DNA from: an uncultured Gammaproteobacteria bacterium
GTDB lineage: Bacteria; Patescibacteriota; Microgenomatia; Daviesbacterales; UBA10151
DNA: 64,000 nucleotides
Direction of reading: 5' to 3'
Assembly (NCBI GenBank): GCA_964500725.1
Contig: CAZCNP010000002.1
Span: 69,347-133,346 of the forward strand
Under the pieces are notes generated by a model. The model worked only from the letters and a program-made list of their open reading frames with translations, was not told the origin of the DNA and did no database searches. Shown here piece after piece: positions 57,205-64,000 of the stretch. Position 1 is the first letter of the stretch, and each line of letters begins with the position of its first letter. Both the position numbers and the translations under genes were made by a program.

Positions 57205-58260
57205 TTAACCTCCGTAATTTTTAATTGGTGGAGCTACTTTTAACAGTTTTAGAGTTTCATAATAGATGATCATTATAATTGTGTAGTAGCATAAAGGTAT
57301 GTGAATACAATAGATGATTTTTTTACGGGTTAAAAGAAAATATATCGAATCTTTCAAAGGGAATATAAAGCTGAGGGTGTAGGGGATAAATAGATATTTT
57401 TTTAACTTAAACCATAAAGATTGGAATTGGTTACGACCCGAATATCCTGCTTTGCCCATGTCGGTATTGAAGATATTATTCTTAATTCGAGAATTAATTT
57501 TCTTTAAATATTTATTAAGTGAAGCAGATGAATAGTGAACGGTACTATCATTTTTTGTTATAGCAATAAAATCTCCCTTTTTGTTTAATAAATAAAATAA
57601 TAAAGCGATTAAATGAGGATTTCTTTTTAAGTTAGGGAATACCTTCTTTGCATACTTAAGATCGAACATGCATCCTCCAGCCCACAATTCTATCTGTGGG
57701 AGTAATTTAATACTGGATAAATCCAATATGACGAAGTTATTAGTGTTAGAGACAACAGGGTATTTTTCAGACCATTCTCTTACCATAAAGTATTCATTTT
57801 TGGATTCATGATAGATAAAAAAAGAAAAAGGATCTCCAAAATCATTAATATAATAATTTATTGAGGGATAATTTAAGGGTGTTTTATAACCGCCTAATAA
57901 TACTGCCTTAACTTGAGGATTTTTTCTAAAAGCAGAATATTTGATCTTTAAACTATCGCGATTATCGAGAACCTCATCGCTGTCTAAATAGATAATATAT
58001 TTTCCGGTTGCCTTTAGAAAACCGAGATACTTAGCGTAGATTAATTCTACTTTCGAGTTAGTGATAATTTTGCAACGATATTTTTTTGCTATATTAATTG
58101 TTTGATCATTAGATCTACCATCTACTACTAAAATTTCAATTTTATCCTGAGGGTATGACTGCTTCTTTATAGATTCTAAAGTCATTTTGACTGTTTTCTC
58201 TGAGTTAAATGTAGCTACTACGATACTAATAATAGGATATGTATCAAGTTTTTTTATCAT
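57205..58260 (-). CDS. GT2 glycosyltransferase, paralog of the gene at 54369.
   Basis: ISIVVATFNSEKTV, KKQSYPQDKIEILVVDGRSNDQT, YLDSDE (DxD). 351 aa. Confidence 0.8.
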   Translation of the reverse strand: MIKKLDTYPIISIVVATFNSEKTVKMTLESIKKQSYPQDKIEILVVDGRSNDQTINIAKKYRCKIITNSKVELIYAKYLGFLKATGKYIIYLDSDEVLDNRDSLKIKYSAFRKNPQVKAVLLGGYKTPLNYPSINYYINDFGDPFSFFIYHESKNEYFMVREWSEKYPVVSNTNNFVILDLSSIKLLPQIELWAGGCMFDLKYAKKVFPNLKRNPHLIALLFYLLNKKGDFIAITKNDSTVHYSSASLNKYLKKINSRIKNNIFNTDMGKAGYSGRNQFQSLWFKLKKYLFIPYTLSFIFPLKDSIYFLLTRKKIIYCIHIPLCYYTIIMIIYYETLKLLKVAPPIKNYGG

Positions 58261-59345
58261 TTCATTAGGAAATCTACAATAATTTTAGATGGTTGCACTT
58301 TGGTGGTTATAGGGGGATTGATGTATTTGGTATATTCTTGCAGAAAAGACAAAGTAGTTTCTCTGTTGTTTTTACTTATAACTACATTTTTATTAATTCC
58401 TTCTATACGTTCTGTGTTATTTCGTAAAGAGAGCATCGGTAAACCCATATAATAAGCTTCTTCTTGGTTGATGCCGCCATCCGTGGCGATAAATTCGGCA
58501 TTTTTCATAAAATGGACGAATTGGACATAGGGTAAACGTGGAATAACAGTTATACCTTTGGCATTTATCCATGATTTAAATACTTTGGGTTTCATCAATC
58601 TTTTTGTTAAGGTATACATCATCAAGGCGCAGGTTAAGTTTTTATCAGCGTGATCAATTATAAAGTTTAGTATTCGTTGAGTCTGTTTCTTTTGAAAATA
58701 GATATGCTCTTGCCTATGCATAATTAAAACATAGTATTTAGCAATTTTTTTCCGGCGGTCTAATGAACTCTCTTTCTGTAGTGCCCAAAGGTAAGATTCG
58801 AGAAGCGTATTTTGATGAGTATTAACTCTGGTTCCTCTGATATTCTTTAAGTTGTCAAAGGCCCACTTTGTAGGACTAAACAAGATATCGGAGAGATGGA
58901 TGATTATAAACCTGCATATCTCTTCCGGAAAAGGCTCAAAAAAATTAAAAGATCTTAATCCAGACTCTATATGTACTAGTTTCAACCTATATCGGATAGC
59001 AATAATAGCTCCTATTAAAGCAGAGATTGTATCGCCGTGTATTATGAAATAACTATTGCTTTTATTTAAACCTTTGAATTCTTTATTCAAAATGATACAA
59101 GATATGAACAATGTTTTAATAGCCCAGAGAAAGAAATGTATCATTGAAGATCGTTGGGATTTTTCAGCGAGCGCTATATCGGCTCTTAAGATTCCGCAGT
59201 ATTCCGCTAAATCCTCGAAATTTATTCTGTTTTGGCCAGATGTAATAATCTTAAAATGAATACCCCTTGATTTAAGCTCTTTTATTACAGGAGCTAGTTT
59301 AATAAATTCAGCAGTAGTCCCCAGAAAAAAATAGATTTTTTTCAT
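58257..59345 (-). CDS. UDP-N-acetylglucosamine 2-epimerase (WecB/MnaA)-like protein; the middle region is divergent.
   Basis: N-terminus MKKIYFFLGTTAEFIKLAPVIKEL (compare the GTRPExIKxAPV signature). C-terminus ATDGGINQEEAYYMGLPMLSLRNNTERIEG (compare TDSGGxQEEA...LRxxTERPE). Confidence 0.6.
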   Translation of the reverse strand: MKKIYFFLGTTAEFIKLAPVIKELKSRGIHFKIITSGQNRINFEDLAEYCGILRADIALAEKSQRSSMIHFFLWAIKTLFISCIILNKEFKGLNKSNSYFIIHGDTISALIGAIIAIRYRLKLVHIESGLRSFNFFEPFPEEICRFIIIHLSDILFSPTKWAFDNLKNIRGTRVNTHQNTLLESYLWALQKESSLDRRKKIAKYYVLIMHRQEHIYFQKKQTQRILNFIIDHADKNLTCALMMYTLTKRLMKPKVFKSWINAKGITVIPRLPYVQFVHFMKNAEFIATDGGINQEEAYYMGLPMLSLRNNTERIEGINKNVVISKNNRETTLSFLQEYTKYINPPITTKVQPSKIIVDFLMK

Positions 59346-59427
59346 TTTTATACCGTCCGATGTTATTATAATCTATTATTTTTATAAATCCCTAGCTTTT
59401 TCAAAAAAAAGAATAGATAATGTTAAT
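59346..59427. promoter_or_regulatory. Putative divergent promoter region (82 bp).
   Basis: AT-rich gap between the wecB-like gene (-) and the 903-aa membrane protein gene (+, GTG start). Contains TTATAAT. Confidence 0.25.
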
Positions 59428-62139
59428 GTGTTTTTAAAGAACAAAGTTTGGTTTCGGGATTTAGTATTTATCAGCATTATCTCACTTGTTATTACAACTA
59501 TATGGTTTCGTCATGGTGTTTTGTACGGAGGAGGAGAATCAGGGTTATATTTCAACGATTTAAATTTAACTTTGAAGAATTCTTTCTCAGTTTGGCTTGA
59601 TAGTTATGTCGGCGTTCCATCACTTTATCAAATTATTAATATACCATTTTATTTTTTTTCTTATCTACTTTTTATTCTCAAAATTCCAGGTTGGTTAATT
59701 CAAGCATTTATAAATTTCATTTTACTTAGTACAGGAATGATTTCGATGTATTTCCTTCTTCAAAAAACGCTTTCGAAAAATAATTGTTATAGTGGAGGTG
59801 CGCTTTTTGGAGCCCTTTTTTATTTATTCAATCTTTATTCAATGAGCCAAATCTGGAGCAGAGGGCTTTATCAGCAGTTTATTCCGTTTGCTTCTTTTCC
59901 GTTAATGTTTTTGCTGGCATATCTGGCATTAGAAAAGCTGCAGACTGTTTATATTTTAATTTTACTTATAGCATCATTTATTTTTTCTGCTGGATATACT
60001 CCAGCAAATGTACTGTCTTTTTGGATAATGATAGGGATAGAGTTTTTATATTTTTTTTGGTTTTATAGAAAGAAGTTTAATTATCTTTTGAAGAGTGCTA
60101 TTTTATTTTTTGTTCTTGTATTTGGATGGATAGGGATTCATTCCTCCTGGATTGTTGGATATTTTCTATTTGCAAATAATCTATATTTATCAAACCCATC
60201 TGTTAGAAACGAAGGATTAGGTACGCTTTTGACGATAAGTAGATACTCGCCTTTAACCTCTGTTCTTCGTCTTGTTCAGGATTATTACTTTAATAGTAAT
60301 TTACTTTATGGAGACTTTTATCCCTCTTCATTCTTCAAGATAACTAGTTGGATTACTCCGATATTGTTTTTATTCAGTCTCTCAGCAGTGAAACGAGCCG
60401 AAAAGATGTATTTGTGGATGATTTTATTATTTGTCGCTTTATTTATTTGTTTAGGTGCAAGTTTGCCATTAGGATTTATATTTGTGTGGTTTTTTCAAAT
60501 TTTCCCAATTTTAGAATTATTTAGAAATCCTTATGAAAAATTTGGAATTGTTTTATTAATATCTTATACACCTTTTATTGCTCTTGGGTACTTAAAATTA
60601 TCAGAATTTTTGAAGCTTAGGTTTAGAATGTTTCAATCTTTCTTCAAAACTATTATCATTTTCATAATTTTTTTTCTGCTGGTTTGGCCAATGTGGACAG
60701 GACTTGTTATAACTACAAAGGATAATCGTAATTTTGTCAATATTCCATCCTACTATCAAGAGTTAAAGGATTGGATGGAGAAGCATAATAAAATTAATAA
60801 TCGGATTGCCATGTTGCCCTTTTTGCCTGGTGAAGGAGTAACTTTGGAATGGAATGGAAGAATTTATTCTGGTATTGATCCAAGTATAAATATCTTGGAT
60901 TATTCTATTATTTCTTGGGTGCAGAATTACCCTTATATAGAACCGCTACTAAAGGAGGTTTATAAAGATATAAATAAAATAGATATAACTTCAATATTTG
61001 GATTGCTTAGAGCAAAATACTTAGTTATTAGGGATGATGTTTTAGAGGTAAATAAAAGAGATTTGCAACAGGAAGAAAGTTTGTTGCATGCTGTTTATGC
61101 GCCTCAAGCCATCAATGAACAGATGCCTGTCATCTGTCCGAACCAAGCATCGACTTTATATACAGAAAACCATTTAATTTTTATTTGTCAGATTCCTGTC
61201 AACCTTTCTGATTGGAGGAGATATCATTATCTGCATTTACTTGTTAAAACAGATAAACCTGCAGCTTTAGATATAGCTCTAAGAGATCAAAATAATGAAA
61301 GACCTAGGTGGGATGGGACTACTAATCCTGATTTTAGAACATATTCTTCTAACTTAACTAATTTATTTTTGGATTTGGATCTATATATATACTCAGATGA
61401 GAAATTTAATCCATCCGTAGTTAAATCATTGGAAATTTATGGTTATTCGAATCCTGAGATTAAAGATTCATTGTTGCCTACAAAAGTGGAAGTAATAGCG
61501 GGACATCTTGACTCTGGCAAAAAGACAGATGTAGATAATTATAATTTCATTAAGCAGTTCGGAAGATTAAGATTATACCAATTGAAAAAATACCAAGATT
61601 TTCCCGATATAACTACTTTAGCAGACCTTTTTATGGTAGATAATTTTTCGCAAATGTTCAAAGTAGCAGCTAATCTATCCGTGATAGATGGATCTAGAGG
61701 TTATATGCTTAGATCGCAAAATGACAAGTTTACTCCATTGACAAGCTTTTCTAGGTATGCGTCAAAGTCTGTAACCGAGCTTTCCTCAACAAAATATTTA
61801 GTTAATCTGGAAAGTAAGGAAAATTATTATTTGGCTTTGCACAAAACTTTTAATACTTTATGGAAAGTTATACCAAATGTTTCAGAGGGTGATTTAAAAG
61901 GTGGCTTTATTAATAATATACGCCTTATACAAAAACAAACTCTATCAGAAAAAAACCATTTTATAGTAAATGGTTATGCCAATGGCTGGAAGCTTGACCA
62001 GCAAAGCAATGAATATGCTGTAGTATTTATTCCTCAAATTATTACAGAGATATTGATTTACGTTTCCGTGGTATTTCTTTTATTCATATTATTTCTCCTA
62101 TTTTGTCTGTTAAAAATTAACAAAGTTAAATCTAAGTAA
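59428..62139 (+). CDS. Large 903-aa membrane protein: N-terminal polytopic domain (about 430 aa), large extracytoplasmic domain and a C-terminal TM anchor; YfhO- or AftD-like GT-C glycosyltransferase candidate.
   Basis: GTG start. About 12 N-terminal TM helices with an acidic loop (GGGESGLYFNDLN), a soluble region of about 430 aa, and a final hydrophobic helix (ILIYVSVVFLLFILFLLFCLL). This architecture resembles YfhO-type LTA/WTA glycosyltransferases. Confidence 0.5.
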   Translation: MFLKNKVWFRDLVFISIISLVITTIWFRHGVLYGGGESGLYFNDLNLTLKNSFSVWLDSYVGVPSLYQIINIPFYFFSYLLFILKIPGWLIQAFINFILLSTGMISMYFLLQKTLSKNNCYSGGALFGALFYLFNLYSMSQIWSRGLYQQFIPFASFPLMFLLAYLALEKLQTVYILILLIASFIFSAGYTPANVLSFWIMIGIEFLYFFWFYRKKFNYLLKSAILFFVLVFGWIGIHSSWIVGYFLFANNLYLSNPSVRNEGLGTLLTISRYSPLTSVLRLVQDYYFNSNLLYGDFYPSSFFKITSWITPILFLFSLSAVKRAEKMYLWMILLFVALFICLGASLPLGFIFVWFFQIFPILELFRNPYEKFGIVLLISYTPFIALGYLKLSEFLKLRFRMFQSFFKTIIIFIIFFLLVWPMWTGLVITTKDNRNFVNIPSYYQELKDWMEKHNKINNRIAMLPFLPGEGVTLEWNGRIYSGIDPSINILDYSIISWVQNYPYIEPLLKEVYKDINKIDITSIFGLLRAKYLVIRDDVLEVNKRDLQQEESLLHAVYAPQAINEQMPVICPNQASTLYTENHLIFICQIPVNLSDWRRYHYLHLLVKTDKPAALDIALRDQNNERPRWDGTTNPDFRTYSSNLTNLFLDLDLYIYSDEKFNPSVVKSLEIYGYSNPEIKDSLLPTKVEVIAGHLDSGKKTDVDNYNFIKQFGRLRLYQLKKYQDFPDITTLADLFMVDNFSQMFKVAANLSVIDGSRGYMLRSQNDKFTPLTSFSRYASKSVTELSSTKYLVNLESKENYYLALHKTFNTLWKVIPNVSEGDLKGGFINNIRLIQKQTLSEKNHFIVNGYANGWKLDQQSNEYAVVFIPQIITEILIYVSVVFLLFILFLLFCLLKINKVKSK

Positions 62140-62171
62140 ATATTTATTTTCTAAGCTGATAGAATATACTT

Positions 62172-63380
62172 ATGAAAGATTCTAAGCTTCATTTTTATTT
62201 CTTAGCTCTTGCAGCCAGGGGTAAGGGTTTGTCAGGGAGTGACCGAATTTTTATTGAGCTTTCTAAACGATGGTCGAAAGAAAACCCTGTTGAAATATTT
62301 GTTTGGCAAGAAGGGTTCCAGATGTGCCATAGGCAAGGGTTGGATAAGAGTAGGGTAAAGTTTAATATTGTTTCTTTAAGCAGCTGGGAGAAACATAACT
62401 TTGTTATAAACTACGTCTCGCTTATTATAAAAGGTATTTGGTTGGCATTTAAATTAGATCTAAAAAATGATAAATTTACTATTATTTATTCAGCATCTGA
62501 TTTCTGGATGGATTGTATACCTGGCTGGATATTAAAATGTAGATTTCCTAAAATAAATTGGATTGGAAGCTGGTATTTAACTGCCTCCAATCCAAGGAAG
62601 GGTTTTATAGAGGATCATACGCTAATCAAGAATCCTCAAATTAGTCCTTTTCTCTATTGGTTATCACAAAAACTTGCTTATAATTTAGTCAAAAGAAAGT
62701 CAGATTTTGTCTTTGTTACTAGTGAACCAGATAAATTAAAATTTCCTAATCAACTTAAAGATAAAAGAGCTTTAGCAATAAAGGGAGGTGTGGATTTAGA
62801 AGCCATTAACTTTTGGCAAAAGGAGTTTAAAGGATTACCTAAGATTTATGATGCTGTTTTTCAAGGTAGGTTTCACCCCCAGAAAGGCGTAGTGAAACTT
62901 GTTGATATCTGGAAGATAGTTGTTAATAAGAAACATGATGCTAAATTAATAATGATAGGAGATGGACCTTTAATGCAGAAGGTGCAAAATAAAATCAGTA
63001 AGCTTAAATTGGAAAATAACGTTACTTTAGTGGGATATAAATATGATGGAGAGAAAAAATATAAGATTTTCCATCAAACTAAAATAGTTGTTCATCCGGC
63101 AATTTATGATTCCGGCGGTATGGCTGCAGCGGAAGCAATGGCTTGGGGTTTGCCAGGGGTTAGTTTTAATCTGGAAGCGTTAAAAACATATTATCCAAAG
63201 GGTGTACTTAAGGCTTCTCTGGGAGATGAAAAGGAATTTGCAAAGTTAGTAATTGAGTTGTTGGATAATCCGAAACTTTATCAAAAAATAGCTACAGAAG
63301 CAAAAGATTTAATATTGGGGAACTGGGATTGGAATAAAAGGGCAAGGGAAATTGTTGCATTAATCAAAAATAATCTCTAG
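62172..63380 (+). CDS. GT4 (GT-B) glycosyltransferase.
   Basis: C-terminal IYDSGGMAAAEAMAWGLPGVSFNLEALKTYYP (E-x7-E-like GT4 motif). 402 aa. Confidence 0.8.
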   Translation: MKDSKLHFYFLALAARGKGLSGSDRIFIELSKRWSKENPVEIFVWQEGFQMCHRQGLDKSRVKFNIVSLSSWEKHNFVINYVSLIIKGIWLAFKLDLKNDKFTIIYSASDFWMDCIPGWILKCRFPKINWIGSWYLTASNPRKGFIEDHTLIKNPQISPFLYWLSQKLAYNLVKRKSDFVFVTSEPDKLKFPNQLKDKRALAIKGGVDLEAINFWQKEFKGLPKIYDAVFQGRFHPQKGVVKLVDIWKIVVNKKHDAKLIMIGDGPLMQKVQNKISKLKLENNVTLVGYKYDGEKKYKIFHQTKIVVHPAIYDSGGMAAAEAMAWGLPGVSFNLEALKTYYPKGVLKASLGDEKEFAKLVIELLDNPKLYQKIATEAKDLILGNWDWNKRAREIVALIKNNL

Positions 63381-63391
63381 AATAGGCAACT

Positions 63392-64000
63392 ATGTTAGAA
63401 GAAAAGGGAGCAATGATTCCTAATCTAAGCCTTCCAACAATAGAGGATGTAATAGCTGAAGCGTATAGTGATAGGCAGAACAAAGGGGATTTACTTGATC
63501 GGATAGGTGAAGAGGAGGCAAGAAAGTTTATTGGGAAGTGTATATCAATGATTGGAAACTTCGAAGAGGTTAGTGACTATTCTGCTCAAGAGAGATTGTT
63601 GCCTAAAGATGCAGAAGAGGCAAATAAGATAAAAATTATTTGGGTATTATCTGGCCCAGGGTATTACGGTCAGCCGTTTAAAGATGATCGGTATAAAGAT
63701 AAACCGTGGGCTAGATGGATGGATAGAAATAGGGCGCATAGAGGAGTCTGGTTAGCTCGTCGTCTAACTGAACTAAAGATTGGTCAAAAGTTACCAAATG
63801 ATCCTGGTGTAATAAAACAGGCTATATTACAAGATGGCCCCTATATTATTTACAATGGAAGAAATGATGAAAATCGGGAAATGCGTAGAGCTTTAACTGA
63901 TGAAAAAGCTCTCATCCCGCCTGAGAAGGTATTTATTATGGATGAAGGCATCGATAATACAGTTGATCAAGTGACAGGATTTCGATTACCGCTAGGAACC
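63392..64000 (+). CDS. Hypothetical protein; partial, continues past the window end.
   Basis: ATG at 63392 with an open frame to the end of the window (MLEEKGAMIPNLSLPTIEDV...GPGYYGQPFKDDRYKDKPWARWMDRNRAHRGVWLARRL...). No family recognised. Absent from the ORF track because it has no stop. Confidence 0.45.
   Translation, partial: MLEEKGAMIPNLSLPTIEDVIAEAYSDRQNKGDLLDRIGEEEARKFIGKCISMIGNFEEVSDYSAQERLLPKDAEEANKIKIIWVLSGPGYYGQPFKDDRYKDKPWARWMDRNRAHRGVWLARRLTELKIGQKLPNDPGVIKQAILQDGPYIIYNGRNDENREMRRALTDEKALIPPEKVFIMDEGIDNTVDQVTGFRLPLGT

Noticed and set aside
1-64000. Alternative genetic code with UGA recoded, as in some candidate phyla.
   Set aside because: TGA terminates well-defined genes (for example at 2717..2719 and 47552..47554) and RF2 is present. 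The standard bacterial code fits all ORFs.
1-64000. CRISPR arrays, tRNA or rRNA genes, prophage or defence-system genes.
   Set aside because: There are no regularly spaced direct repeats. The non-coding gaps are all under about 120 bp. No nuclease, ATPase, integrase or phage structural signatures are seen in any ORF.

Overview
This AT-rich 64 kb window is almost entirely coding, mostly on the + strand, with many ATGA or TAATG start/stop overlaps. All three stop codons are used, so the standard bacterial code applies. The only housekeeping genes are at the left edge: peptide chain release factor 2 (prfB), a truncated TsaB-like ORF and a CAP/SCP-domain protein. The rest, from about 2.9 kb to 63.4 kb, is one contiguous glycan-biosynthesis mega-locus. 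It contains a complete dTDP-L-rhamnose operon (rmlABCD) and GDP-mannose 4,6-dehydratase (gmd). It has about 10 GT2 glycosyltransferases, several of them dolichol-phosphate-mannose synthase (DPM1)-like, i.e. polyprenyl-phosphate-sugar synthase-like. It has 5 GT4 glycosyltransferases, two Wzx-like (O-antigen/oligosaccharide) flippases and a UDP-GlcNAc 2-epimerase (WecB)-like gene. It has a NodU/CmcH-type carbamoyltransferase and a GT4 fused to a SAM methyltransferase. Most striking are about 20 polytopic membrane proteins that look like GT-C glycosyltransferases with a D-E or D-D acidic motif in the first extracytoplasmic loop. These fall into at least four paralog families: ArnT/PMT (Ara4N-transferase / protein O-mannosyltransferase)-like with a W/G-D-E motif, a tandem quartet with an HDD/Cys-Cys/GYP-FN-Y motif, a pair with an HDGIWHI motif, and PIG-V (GPI mannosyltransferase 2)-like proteins. 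I found no priming phosphoglycosyltransferase, Wzy, Wzz, O-antigen ligase, export channel, transposase, integrase, CRISPR array, tRNA or rRNA. The picture fits a large extracytoplasmic glycosylation system driven by polyprenyl-phosphate sugars (protein O-glycosylation, lipoglycan or S-layer glycan) in a small-genome, probably CPR-like, bacterium. That remains inference. Family assignments rest on motif recognition by eye, not on database searches.
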